A stretch of DNA of 64,000 bases from Octopus sinensis (taxonomy: Eukaryota). Shown one piece after another: positions 26,150-38,625 of the stretch (positions are counted from its first letter, which is position 1; the number at the start of each line of letters is the position of its first letter). The notes below the pieces were generated by a model. The model saw only the letters and a list, made by a program, of their open reading frames with translations, was not told the origin of the DNA and ran no database searches. Position numbers and translations under genes: made by a program. The stretch is taken from positions 73,842,001 through 73,906,000 of the forward strand of contig NC_043000.1 of assembly GCF_006345805.1 (NCBI RefSeq). Direction: 5' to 3'.

Positions 26150-27115
26150 AACATTTAAATTATCCGAGTCCAATATTTTTCATTATATGAAATTAATGTT
26201 TTTCTGATAGTTTGGATTATCTCTCTTTCCAAAGGTGAAATGTTCTTAAACCTATTTGCAAATGCCAATGCCTTATCTAAAAGACTCAGAGATACTGACT
26301 GATAATAATTATCAATGTCGAATTGTATAAAATAAGTTTTCTCCTTATTTTGAGTTGAACAAAACCATGTAATTACATCAGGACATATCAAATGTATTGT
26401 GGGTTTACTAATAAAATTTGCCTTATGGTCCTTAAAGGTGAAATAGGGGATCTTTGGAGAATAGGGCATGGTCCTATCTAGTAAATTCAAGTCCTTTATT
26501 AGTCTATGATGTTCTCTATTAATCTTGTTCAAACCATTAACTCTTTACATTTAAAATCAGTATATACATTAACTGGAATAGAAAACAGATTACCAGTTTT
26601 ATCATGAAGATTGTCTGAGTTTTTTATATTAGAAATTATTTTCTGTAGTCTTTTTTGCAAAGAATTGGTTGTCCTGGAGAATTTCAGCCTTTTCATAATA
26701 AATATAAAATCCTTTTTGAATTTCAGTAGTTCAAGGGTGTGCGGAGGTTCCTTACATTAACTGGAATAGAAAACAGATTACCAGTTTTATCATGAAGATT
26801 GTCTGAGTTTTTTATATTAGAAATTATTTTCTGTAGTCTTTTTTGCAAAGAATTGGTTGTCCTGGAGAATTTCAGCCTTTTCATAATAAATATAAAATCC
26901 TTTTTGAATTTCAGTAGTTCAAGGGTGTGCGGAGGTTCCTGTATTGTAGTTTTCATGCTATTAATCCATTTCTTATTCCCCAATTCAAAATAAAAAGCTC
27001 TCCATCTCCTTCTTTTAATCAGGTCATTAATCTTTTGCAATAATGTTTCCATATATACATGTTTTGGAGGAATTGGGATGTTTTTAATGGATAAACCAAG
27101 AATCTGTTTCTCCAT
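26150..27115 (-). mobile_element. Penelope-like element N-terminal/RT fragment
   Basis: GLSIKNIPIPPK...KINDLIKRRRWRAFYF; PYFTFKDHKANFISKPTIHLICP; FIQFDIDNYYQSVS. Confidence 0.8.
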
Positions 27116-27442
27116 GTGTTATTTCTATAGGTAGTGCTCAATTTGAGCTAATGATATATTAAATAATAAAAGAGTAACTCTTTCCACAAAATAACACAGA
27201 AGGGCTCAGTATATTGAGCAAATACAAAAGTTCAACAAGGGAGAGAAAACAGATTAGTTTATCATCCTCCTAGTCTGGCCAATGCATATTCAAATTGGAA
27301 ATACAGTCAAATATATACATAATATATTTTTATTATATAATCCCAAGGTTAGGCAATCACAATATATATATGCAGAAAATTACATCAAATAATAATCTAA
27401 ATTAAAATCACAAGCAGGTGAGATGTTTAAAAGATTTCAATA

Positions 27443-27770
27443 GGTGCAGGAGTGACTGTGTGGTAAGTAGCTTGCTAACCAACCACATGGTTCCGGGTTC
27501 AGTCCCACTGCGTGGCATCTTGGGCAAGTGTCTTCTGCAATAGCCCCGGGCCGACCAATGCCTTGTGAGTGGATTTGGTAGACGGAAACTGAAAGAAGCC
27601 CGTCGTATATATGTATATATATATATGTATGTGTGTGTGTTTGTGTGTCAGTGTTTGTCCCCCTAGCATTGCTTGACAACCGAATAAGTCCCGGGGTCGA
27701 TTTGCTCGACTAAAGGCGGTGCTCCAGCATGGCCGCAGTCAAATGACTGAAACAACTAAAAGAGTAAAGA
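27443..27770 (+). mobile_element. SINE family A copy with internal deletion
   Basis: Lacks the segment between caaccga and ataagtccc seen in the 16507 copy; junction at gaataag microhomology. Confidence 0.85.
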
Positions 27771-27881
27771 GAGAGAGTCCTCGAATGAAGTAAAATTAAA
27801 TAGAGTAAGGTGATTTAAAACTGTTCTCAAATGAAATAGAAATAAAACAGTTCATGAATGAAATATAATGAAGTGAGATTG

Positions 27882-27946
27882 TTTCAGGGAATACGCAAAG
27901 CAAAAACTTTTTCTTTCTACTTTGGTGGCCGCATTTCCTTCATCAG
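27882..27946 (-). ncRNA. hammerhead-ribozyme-like core downstream of a PLE endonuclease
   Basis: Minus strand CTGATGA-aggaaatgcg...cgtattccct-GAAA; stem II pairs 9/10; stems I and III not recoverable. Confidence 0.5.
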
Positions 27947-28229
27947 AGATAGAATTTTTAAAGTTTCTTAAAAGAGTTTTTCCCACAATAGCTGTGTGAT
28001 CTTGGTAATAAATATAAAAAATCCAGAAGAGTTGTAAATGAATATAAAAATTAAATTAAGAATGAAAATTCCAAGTGGTCCAGTGTGTATGAAATAAATT
28101 TTCATGTCTTATGATTATTAGAAATACACGATTATATTTATACCTATACTAAATTATATATCTGAATATGGATGAGTGGAGATCTATATCAGGGAACTCA
28201 GCATTTTAAAAACATTTTATTTAAAAAAA

Positions 28230-28870
28230 AATTTTTTTTCAATTTTTTTATTTTCTAAAAAAAGTGGTAAGTTGATAGCAACTTGTGCCAACATGAGATC
28301 AAAACCTTGGATATCTTATTCAGCAATAATTTTTTATCTGTTCTTAATATATTTATGGCTTCTTTCAAACAAAGTCTACAGGTTTTTGTATGGGTGTTAT
28401 ATAGAGTATACTCCCCCATGATAGACCATTTTAGGGCGTATACTTTATTACTATTTTTTAATTTATTTATATATATGGCCAAAGCATTGAATGTTTCGTA
28501 TTCTTGTTAATAAAAGAATTCATATGTACCCTATATCTAATCATGAAATTTGTAGTGTTTCCAATGTATACTTTTTTAACTTGATTTAAAGTATTCACTT
28601 CACATTTATATGCTACATTGTTGAGTAGACACTGACCATCTAATGGACAATTTTTGAGGGATCGACAATCACAACTTTTTTTTGCAAAACCACCCATTGT
28701 CAAATTTTGTATTTTGAGCATATTATTTGTGGCAATAATCAATCCGAGGTTTGATGCTGTGGAGTAAGAAAATTTCAGACTCAATTTGTTAAAGATAGAA
28801 TGGTACATATGTGTTGAAGGAAAATTATTCTCAATTAATTTAAAGAATAACTGGAGGAGTGCAGCACGAA
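28230..28870 (-). mobile_element. Penelope-like GIY-YIG endonuclease (CxC...CPLDGQC type, Hydra-clade-like)
   Basis: SCDCRSLKNCPLDGQCLLNNVAYKCEV...VYIGNTTNF...H...LAIYINKLK...WSI...CRLCLKE; one frameshift. Confidence 0.85.
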
Positions 28871-29208
28871 GTTTTGTCAGTGAACAGGTCGCGGTCTCAA
28901 AGCAACAAAAATATTTTGACAAATCAAATTTAAATGTTGAAGTGAATCTAATGGTCTTTGTGTGTTTCTTAAATGGCTTATAAACACCTTCCACGCTGCA
29001 ATTATATATATACATATATATATATAAAATTATTAATAGTAGGGAATATAAAATTCCAAGGCAACAGGGAAAAACAAACTCAATTTAGTAATACTAAATC
29101 AAATTTCACAATATATTGAATACATATAGAATTAAGAGACAGAACCTCCATAAAGTAATTCAATTAATAATGAAAGATATTATCTATAATAAAATATAGC
29201 TTGAAGGC

Positions 29209-30010
29209 TGTCTTGGCTGACCTGATGTATTTCCAGGCTTGCGTGTTGGTTGCACTCACATCTTCAGTTGTCTTTGGGCTTGTAGATGTTGTTACCACTG
29301 GTATTGCTAGGGCTACCATTGGTGCTGTTATCATTACAAGGTGTGTCCAGTAATATCGTTGTGGCTGCTGTTGCTGTGGCTGTTGTCATTGTGGTGGTCA
29401 TCTTTGGTCACGAAGTGGGCATTACTGTCACTGATGGTAATGTGGGTGCCATTGTTGGTAATACTGTGTGTGGAGCCAGTGGCCTTGCTGGTGCTGCTGG
29501 TCATCCTCTCTGGCCATAGTGCTGGTGCTTGGGTCGCTAGCATTAGTGCTGGTGTTTCTGCAGCTGTTGCTGCTTCCAATAGGGTCAATGTTGTTGGATG
29601 ATCTATTGCTGCTATTACTATGGTTGCTAGGACAGGGTATCACCAGAGCTTCATAGATGACTCTCTCAGCCTTGCATTGGCCAGTAATGTGTGCACAACC
29701 AACATCCAAGCCTAGAAATACATCAGGTCAGCCAAAACAGCCTTCAAACGATACCTGTACAACCACAGGTCCTTCTTCAGGATTCCAGAAAGACGATTCA
29801 TTACATCTCTGGCCAGCCATGTGTGACACCTCAATGATGAAGGGACCTCATACAATATCAAGCGAAGGATCTACATTAACAGGAGCAAATGCTGCAATTT
29901 TTGCATAGCTGAGCAAGCAAGGATACTCAAAAACTCCCTGAAATCTGGATCACTCATCAGGAAATTTACAGCCCTTGCATTCATTTCCAGTGCTACCTGC
30001 TACTAGCATG
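29209..30010. mobile_element. Penelope-like endonuclease remnant with internal inversion and low-complexity insertion
   Basis: Minus 29690->29209: GQCKAERVIYEALV...WKYIRSAKTAFK; plus 29692->30010: KYIRSAKTAFKRYLYNHRSF...SLASHV; ~57-bp inverted duplicate. Confidence 0.65.
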
Positions 30011-30290
30011 GGATTCCCCATTCTTCAATTAAGCCTGAAAGGGTCCTTATGATACGTAAACCAGCTAAGAGATAAATCCCTGGTTTCTCCTTTTTGGCTC
30101 ACAAAAAACAGGTCTAAGAGAGATAACTTGTGCTCACTGACTCCGGACTATACATTCTTTAGTGACAACTGACTAAATGAATGTAATGAATTCCTGCTTC
30201 CCAGAGGTAAAGAATCTGATGAGACGTCCACAATGACAATGCAAAACCATTAGGCACTCTATGACTGGACATAAACTTGAATACTTTTAA

Positions 30291-31239
30291 TCTATCTTAT
30301 ATATTAAAAGGCAAGTGAACCACTTCTACTCCTACAATTTTCAACCAAATTTGACATGTGTGCTCTCTTTGACTTAGGACGTGTTTTCTTATAATTTCTT
30401 CCTCGAAATTCCGCAACCCCAACATAAATAGACTACTCTCAATTCGCCTAGGATCTTAACCCACCACGTCTATGCAACGGTACGTGTACAATTTTTGGCG
30501 CTTCTTCAGAAGCGCACTTCTCCAAGAAAATGATGCCTAATTTTTAAAACAATTATGAAAATGGGAAAAATATCCAAAATAAATGAAGTACACGAGCTTC
30601 ATCAATTTTAAAATATTTTATACTAAAAACTAAAACACAGAAAATGGGCACTCACAAATATAAACAAACATATCGGACCATACAAGGGGTGGTAACTTGT
30701 AGCAGATATTATTAATGATATGAGGGGCCTGACAATAATGCTTGCAAATTCTTGATTGCTTTTAATCAGATTCTTTACTGCACACACTGGTAAGAGTTAG
30801 TGCAGCACATGCTGCTACCATGTAACAGTTGTTCGGAAATACCTGTTCAGTGGTAGCAGGACATGCTAGAAATACCAGACAAATTGGTTAATGTTTACAA
30901 GTACACCTGCATCAACCCCCACCACTTTTCTTTCTTAAATATATACATTATAGCCTCTGGCCCACCAAAGCCTTGTAAGTGGATTTCGTATACAGAAACT
31001 GAAAGAACACTGTCATATATATGTGTAGATTAGTGTGTGTGTGTGTTCGTATCCCCACCATTGCTTTACAACTGATGTTGGTGTGTCTACATACCTATAA
31101 CTTAGCAGTTCGGCAAAAGACACTGATATGATAATTAGTAGGTGGTGCTCCAGCATGGCCGCAGTCACATGACTGAAACAAATAAAACAATAAAAACTAT
31201 GCCATTTTAATCCTGAGCAAGGCCGGGTATCTCTGCTAG
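30291..31239 (+). mobile_element. non-autonomous Helitron containing a partial SINE A (30953-31197)
   Basis: A|TCtatcttatatattaaaagg start; cctgagcaaggccggg hairpin-like motif then CTAG|T; inserted between A and T. Confidence 0.75.
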
Positions 31240-31240
31240 T

Positions 31241-31530
31241 TTATATAAAACTGAGAATGCGTGTGTGTCTGTCTGGATGTGTGCATCACTAAAACTCGAG
31301 AATTTCATTGAAATTTTACACATAACTTACTTAGGGTCCATGCAGAGTCATGGGCCAAAAAAATTTTCAACTCTTTGCCTAATGCGAACCCAGAGCAATC
31401 TCTTATCTCATACACTATTTCAGTATTATGTGTCAAAAGTGAAACAACATTTTTATTGTAATGTAAGATAATACTTTCAGTATGTATATAATATATATAT
31501 AGTGAAACTATTAATATCTCTCTCAAACAC
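31241..31530 (+). mobile_element. Helitron-like 5' segment, homologous to 42800-43066 (minus)
   Basis: tatataaaactgagaatg...acttagggtccatg...cactatttcagtatta.gtgt.aaaagtgaaacaa shared with the reverse complement of 42800-43066. Confidence 0.5.
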
Positions 31531-31694
31531 ATACACACACATATTATATGTATGCATGTATATATGTGTATATACATCTGCACATATATATGTGTATATA
31601 TGTAGATGTATTTCTATACTTGTATGAGTATAGATGTATATGTATATATATGTACATGTATATATATAGAGAGAGATTTATATGTATATATATG

Positions 31695-31775
<81 letters not shown>

Positions 31776-31785
31776 TATAATTAAT
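31530..31785. repeat. (TA)n / degenerate TATG microsatellite
   Basis: Direct inspection. Confidence 0.95.
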
Positions 31786-32149
31786 ATAGGATAAAATTTT
31801 TTTCGGGAAAAAAATCTTATCAATGGCCAGCATATCAAAAAATGCCTTTAAAGGTAAAATTTATACATAATTTACAAGATAAGGGCAGAAGAAAAATTCT
31901 AATGCCAGATACGCCAAAACAAAAAATTGTTGATAACCATTAAATTTATGCGTCTCGAAACAAACCGATAGAAATCTCTAAAAAATTTGTTATTACCGTA
32001 TTGGTCCAATTTCGGGGTTAATTCACAAGAAATTTTCCCCTCTTCAGTGGCAAATACGCGAGATATAAATGAAATACTTACTCATACCCATGGAAGAAGC
32101 AAGCACCAAGTCCCGAGCAGACTTAAGTACCCCAAATATATCCAACAAC

Positions 32150-33020
32150 TTGATACCTCTGTAATTAATTTTATCTAATGCATCACCTTTACCTTTGTAG
32201 CAGTTGATTATGGTACTGCTACACCAGTCATTGCGTATGACTCCTTCATGTATCACCTGATTGACTATATGGGTGACTAGACTATAGCTGACACCGCCAG
32301 ATATTTTAAGCATCTCTGCAGTGATTTTTGATAGGCTGGGGGCTTTCCCTGTCTTCATATCCTTAATTGCCTTATCTACCAAGGTACTGTCAACTCGGAT
32401 AGCTGGTCCCTCTGTTAGGTCAACATTCTGCAGACTCTCTTTCTCCCATTCTCTGCATTTAGCAACCGTTCATAGAGGCGTCTCCAAGTCTCTCTCCTAG
32501 CAGCCTCATTAAATGCAAGTGAGCTGTCATCCATGCGGACACATTTCTTTCCTATGACATCACGGTTCTCTCTCACACACTGTCTTGAAACACAAAACAC
32601 CTCAAGTCTTTGATGCAGAACATTGGCAAATTTTTTCTTATCTGCTTCCCATCTGGCTAAATAACCCTGTCTCCTAGCTTCCCTTCTGGCAGTCTGATAC
32701 AATTCCCTGTTACCATCGTTCTTCTAATCCTTCCATACCTGTTTCTTTTCCCTTTGGGCTTTCTCAACTACATTGTTCCACCACCAGGTTATCTTGGGGC
32801 GAGGGGGAACTTTGCACCATCTGCAGATCTGGTCAGTGGTCCTCAACAGGTCGTCCCATAGAAAATTCCAGTTGTCTTCCACATCATGTGGTAATATATC
32901 CCCCTCTATTTCGTTAAAAGCTTTGAGTAATACATCTCTAAATCTCTGTCCATTTGCAGGATCCTTAATCTTCTGGGCATCCATTTAGCCCTGATCCTGA
33001 AGTCACTAACTACTAATCTA
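32150..33020 (-). mobile_element. RTE LINE internal fragment
   Basis: WWWNNVVEKA, ENRDVIGKKCVRMDD and KAPSLSKITAEMLK...NYRGIKLLD. Confidence 0.85.
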
Positions 33021-33118
33021 TGTTGTGGGGTGCATTCTTCACCTGAGAAGTTTTATTTATATATATATATATTATATATACATGCATATAAATATACATG
33101 TATATATATATATATATA

Positions 33119-33162
33119 CTAGCATTAAAGACCCGTCGTTGCCGGGTCATAGTGCTAGTGCA
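33119..33162 (-). mobile_element. Helitron 3' terminus (hairpin plus CTAG)
   Basis: Minus gacccggcaacgacgggtc-tttaatgCTAG|T; gcaacg loop as in the 44333 Helitron. Confidence 0.6.
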
Positions 33163-33264
33163 TGTATATATGTGTACATATTACATGTACATCTATATAT
33201 ATACATCTACACATAAAATACAAAATACAAAGTTATATCTTGATATCGCTAGTGATAACAATAC

Positions 33265-33595
33265 TCAAAATATATAACAGACTGGAATTGTTAGCCCGTC
33301 TCTTGTAATTTCGATCAATTGTATCTTGTCCTCCCTCTTGTATAGAAGTTTGGCTACAATCCAGCCTACCTCTACTTGGGGGGGGGGGGGGGCATTAAAA
33401 ATTTCTTTGCGGGATGTCCTACATCCCTGATATAAAGGTAAAAATAAAATATTTCCACTTTGCAAGTTTGAGTCAAGTACTCCCTTGCACGCTCCGTTGA
33501 CTCAAACCTTGCTTCTATTGTGGCGAATTTACCGCCTCTGATTAGATATCTTTCATAATTGCACCAAGACACTTTTCGAAGATGCTATCCTCCAT
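33265..33595 (-). mobile_element. Tx1 array unit 0: ORF1 fragment
   Basis: EKCLGAIMK...RGGKFATIEARF...LFLPLYQGCRTS aligns with ORF1 of units 1-3. Confidence 0.7.
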
Positions 33596-33843
33596 GTTGT
33601 TTTATTATTACCCACAAGGGGCGAACATAGATGGGACAATACAATCTGATGACGGGGTCAGACACACGAATGGGTTTTACAAAAAAGCGAATTTTAAAAA
33701 TTTACAGAAAATTACAAAAATAACAAGAAATTGAATGTTGGAACAGACCGGAAGACATTACGGGTGGAGTGGGTGCGGGTTTAGCTCGGACCCCACGAGC
33801 CCCGCCTCCCCACTGATACTTTTGGTTTCGTTTGGTTTTACAT

Positions 33844-36800
33844 TTATGTTGTATCATTCACTCGCAACTTTCGTGCTACATTTTTCCATCGTTCTTCATA
33901 CACTCTCCTAGTCAGGCATATTCTCTCCAGCCCTATCTTCCTTTTCAGGTGAAAGATGAAATAATTCATCAAACCAGGGCCGGAGATGAACTTGCCTGAC
34001 TGTAGACCTTTCATTCTCGTCTTCCATATCACCTCTTTCGCAATTGCTACTACAACGAGAAAACAAAACTTACCTTCTTTCGCGAGGAAATCTGGTGGGT
34101 CAATTTTTGTAATCGACTCAGTCGACAGCTGTACTCTTCGTGTACTTGACAACAGCTGTTCGGCATAAACCCACACCTCAGACACGTCCGGACAATGAAC
34201 AATAGCGTGCGGGACGGTTTCCCTATCCCGCCCGCATCTTGGACATATCGGACTGTCTTGGCCACCGTGCCTTGCAAGTTTATCCCGAACAGGTAGAGCT
34301 CCTCTGTAGCATTGCCATGCCAGAGACTTCTGGAAATTGTCCAGTGTCTTCGGCTTGAACGTACGTCGGAACAGACTGGCCAGCTGATTATCGTCGAGAC
34401 CTAGGGTTTTCCCCAAGGTATCTTCACATTCCACCTCTATCAACCCTCTATAGAAGAATGTGGTGGAACCCCCACCGCAGGAGTTGCCCGAGCGACGGAA
34501 TAGCAGGAGAGCCTTGCGACACTCCGTGTACCAAGTACCAAGTTTCGATCTACGATTCAGCCAGGTTTCCCATCCACCGAAACTAGTGAACTTGAGAAAC
34601 ATCAGTTTTGCTAGCGAAGACCACACCCTTTCACCATCCAGGTAGAGCCACAGATGTCTTAACCTCAGCGCATGTCTGCACATCATCAGCCAAGGCATCC
34701 CTAGCCCACCCTTTAACGGTTGCTGACAGCAAGTAGAGCGTTTCACAAGTGGTTTCCCGCCCTTCCACAAGAAGTAGAAGAGCTGTCTTTCCAACTTGAT
34801 CAACCACAAATCAGGGCAAGGAACGACGGAAAGGTGGTAGGTGATAACCGATGCGATAAACACATTGGCCACCTCCGCCCTCCCTTTCAGGGATAGCCAC
34901 CGCCAAGACCAGGTCTTGGTTTCTGCAGCCACCCTGCTCGATACCTCGCCCCAATTCTTCTCTATTTGGAGGTCTGGACCGAACCAGACCCCTAGCAATT
35001 TAATCGGACCCTCCGTCCAACGTCCCACGACGCTGTCATGAGGCATCGACTTGCCTCTCCAGGTGCCGAGTTGCAAGCCGACTGACTTTTTGCGATTAAC
35101 TTTTGCTCCTGTCACCGTCTCGTAAACCTCTATGGCCTTGCCTACTTTACATAGGTGGTCCATTTCGGTTACGATGATGGTGATGTCATCCGCGTACGCT
35201 GACACTGATTTTCCACTACCTGGCTGTCTCGGGATGTCGCTCAGTTTTCGCAGTAATGGCTCAAGAGCCATCACGTACTAAAGCGGGGAGAGCGGACACC
35301 CTTGATGAACTGAGCGCTTGATGTTGAACGGCTTCGACAAGAAGCCGTTCACACGAACTACCGAGTCAATGTTATCGTAAATTTGTATAATCCACCTGAG
35401 GAAGACAAGGCTCAGCCCGAACTGTGCCAGGGCAGATACCAGGTACCGATGGTCGACCCTATCAAATGCTTTAGATTGTCTAAATGGACCAGTGCCCCAC
35501 CCTTGCCAGAATCACTATTAAACCCCTCTATAGTGTACCGCATTAGATGGAGATTATCCTGAATGGTTCTGCCCGGAACGGCACATGTCTGTGCCTCCCC
35601 GATCAGACCATCCGCGACACGCGCCAATCTTTTCGATAACACTTTGGCCAAAATCTTCAACTCTGTGTTTAGCAGAGTGATGGGCCTGAAATTATCAATG
35701 CACTTCCCCTTGCTCGGGTCCTTTCTGACTAGTGTCACTACTCCCCGGCGCACAGATCTGGGTATAAACCCGTTCTGCTGCCAGTTCGCATAGACCTCCG
35801 CCAGTAGGTGCCCGAACAAGTCTGGCATACTCTTATATAACTCATAAGGTAGACCATCCAAACCCGGCGCCTTGCCCGCGCCGCAGTCCGCCATTGCCTC
35901 AACCACCTCCTCAGGCGTGATTAGCCCTTCACAGCCCTCCGCATCTCGCCCCAATAAGCGCGGCAGCCCATCGAGTAGGTCCGTATAGGCCCTCCTCCAA
36001 TCCAGTCCGCCGCACTCACCGAAAAGCTGAGCGAAGTGCTCCTGAAAGGCCTCACACATCTCCTCGGGTTTGTTTAACAACTCACCTTGTTGGTTCGTCA
36101 AAGATCGAATCGTGGCATCGTTACCTTGCTGTGCTTCCACCACTCGGGCCCATCTCACGGCGTTGATTCCTTCACAACCCATATGGCGGATCCTAGCCCT
36201 GACAATGCAGCCCATGTGTTTGGCCTCGAGGTGCTGGTTTAACACCAGTCTCTTGGCCGTCACCTGAGCCGCAGAGCCAGTTTTCAAGGCTTCCTCTAAT
36301 TCCTTAACTAGAGTAGTTTCCCTTCTAGCCTCTCTAGCCACTACTCCTATGCTATATCTAATTGACTCGAACTTGATGGCTCGTTTGAGGGCGTACCACC
36401 ATTTGTTATTAATAATGGTACCAGATAGTGCCCTCTGAATTATATCCCTAATCCGGTCTTTGTACTCCTTAATCGCCAAAAGGGACGTATTAAGTTTCCA
36501 GTAACCGGATCCTCTATTTTTAACCTTATCTATGTCAAGCTTACAAGTGACCATTTTATGATCACTGTAGCTGATCGGGTAAAACTGTGGACACTTAGCT
36601 ATTTTACTGTCTACTTTTCTAATTAGAATTCTATCTAAATATGACCTGGAAGATCCGTCACTGTTTGACCATGTCCACAATGGAGTGTTCGGAAATTCCA
36701 GCCTATAAGGATCTGCTAGCTCAAAGCGGCTTAGCAGATCCATGAAGCCACTGTTACCTTTTCTATCTGAACGCGAGCCAACACAATCTACATCCGCTTT

Positions 36801-37236
36801 GCAAATTGTGTTAAGTCTCCTAGCACACTAATGAATGCGAAGTACCAAGAAAGTTTTCTAGTTCACGAAAATAATCACTTTGCCCTGTATGTTGGGTGCG
36901 TAAATTGCAACCAGTCTGATAACTTTACCGTTACTGAACGTCAAATCCATGACGACCAGCCTACCTTCTGGATCTGCAAAAATTAACTTTTTCTCAGAAA
37001 CCCGGTTTCTTTTTAATAGGACCAACACCCCACTCCCGCCCGTAGGACTGCCAGGAGAGAAAAAAACTCTCGTAGCCGTCAAACAGCGGGAGCAGACCTC
37101 TTGGCCCCTCTAACCGGTTTTCTGTAGCAACAATAACATCTAAATTCCGCGACCTGATATCATGCAGGAAGCGACCTTGCTTCCAGCCTGCTCCCAGGCT
37201 GCGCACATTCAAACAACCAACATAAATGTAATCCAT
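33844..37236 (-). pseudogene. Tx1 ORF2 (APE endonuclease, reverse transcriptase, C-terminal CCHC), a few frameshifts
   Basis: GCLNVRSL, SYLDRI...SDHK, KAPGLDG, NFRPITLLN, HLD-(Q)SKAFDR across a 1-nt deletion near 35475, QGCPLSP, YADD (35185-35196), CPRC...H...C. Confidence 0.9.
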
Positions 37237-37245
37237 TACTTACCT

Positions 37246-38625
37246 TTATATCAGTGGTTCGGTTTTCTCTTGTTCTTCTAACTCTTTTTCTGGGCCTCGT
37301 GGGGGAATCTGACGTAGGCCCTCGAATATATGTGGAGATGTCACATCCAATCTAAGTGGGCCTACGTCATGGAAGAATTCGGACTTTATCCGCCTGTAAT
37401 CCTTACGGCCTATTCTGTAGATTACAAAGTCATTTTTTTTTTCTACTTTCTCCACTTTGGCCATAGCTGCCAACACGTTTCCGAGTCTGCTACTTGCTGC
37501 CTTTACGGCCATATACGAATCCATTGACTCTCTTTTCTTTTTTAAAATTACTCTGGGAGGGGTGGTTTCCGTTTTTCTTTTTTTTTCCGGTAATTTTTTT
37601 CCACCCCTCCTCATTTATCTTTTCCTCGCTCTTATTCTCCTCCGCCGCTGGTTCTGCTGTCACCGTCACCTCCACACCTTCAGTCTTCCCTTCTGGGCCG
37701 TCCGACGCTGCTTCTGGTGACACATTATCTTCTTTTTCTCTTGGCTTAGGTGCTTCCTGCGGTTTGGGTTGGGGTTGGCATTCCGCCCTTACATGACCCT
37801 TCTTGCCGCAGCCAAAGCACCTCGGCTTCCTGCCCTCCACGAAAACTGTTATTTTCTCATCTTCACTGATTTTTACCGTTTCTGGAATTTCTTCCAGTGT
37901 TTGTACCTCCGCCTGAATGGCTATCACTATTTTTTGCCCTTTCCAGAATTCCTCTTCTTCCACTGTGGCCTGGAGGATGTTTATTTTTTCCTCCAGGCCT
38001 ACCATCACTGCTGCCACCAGACATTCTGCATCTGCCTCTGGCGGTATGTTATTCATTGAAATTTTCGACGTCCTTTTTCCTCTATACAATGGTAGTAAAA
38101 CAATGTTTTCTGCTTTGATCGGTTCCATCGATAGTTTTTTTGCAATCTCTTCAGTGGTAAAACGCACCTCCACTGTGCCATATCTTTTTCCTCTGTTTAT
38201 ATAGGTTATTTTGTCCATTAACGGTTTCAGACAATACTCTATTTTTTTTCTTCGATTTTTTGTATCATTCTTGTTGCTGTGTTGTAAGTTTTATATATTA
38301 TTCTTTTCTTCTCTATATCGTCGTGTTTCTGTATGTTTGTGACCACAGTCACCTCTGTGCCCTCTTTCTTTACACAGTCTGCAAATTTTTCCAGATTTTC
38401 TACATTTATTATTTTAATCTTTTTTCCAGCTACTTCCGTGAATTTTTTCGCTGGAGTTGATGCTGGTACTGGTTTTTCCATTTTCTTGGGCGACGCCGCC
38501 TCTTTTATCTTCAGCGACAATGCCTCTTTTTTCTTCGGCGACAACGCCTCTTTTTTTCTTGGCGACAACGCCGGGTATTCATCCTCGTTCGTCACGGGCG
38601 AATAAGAGATGGGGGACTCCATCTT
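37246..38625 (-). pseudogene. Tx1 ORF1 (gag-like), split across three frames
   Basis: MESPISYSP...SPKK repeats; RGKRYGTVEVRF; VFVEGRKPRCFGCGKKGHVRAEC; K/E-rich tail. Confidence 0.85.

Noticed and set aside
26565-26940. CRISPR-like or regularly spaced repeats (also 400-995 and the Tx1 tails)
   Set aside because: No short repeat-unique spacer periodicity and no cas genes; eukaryotic context.
28870-29015. N-terminal ~50 aa of ORF 28467-29015
   Set aside because: Derived from a separate ~132-bp repeat also at 13202-13333, fused in frame by chance.
29286-29908. Overlapping hydrophobic ORFs resembling a secreted or mucin-like protein
   Set aside because: Arise from a low-complexity insert in an inverted PLE remnant.
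30030-30250. Further hammerhead-like fragments (cctgaaaggg...gtaaac; ctgatgagacgtcc)
   Set aside because: No complete core or supportable stems.
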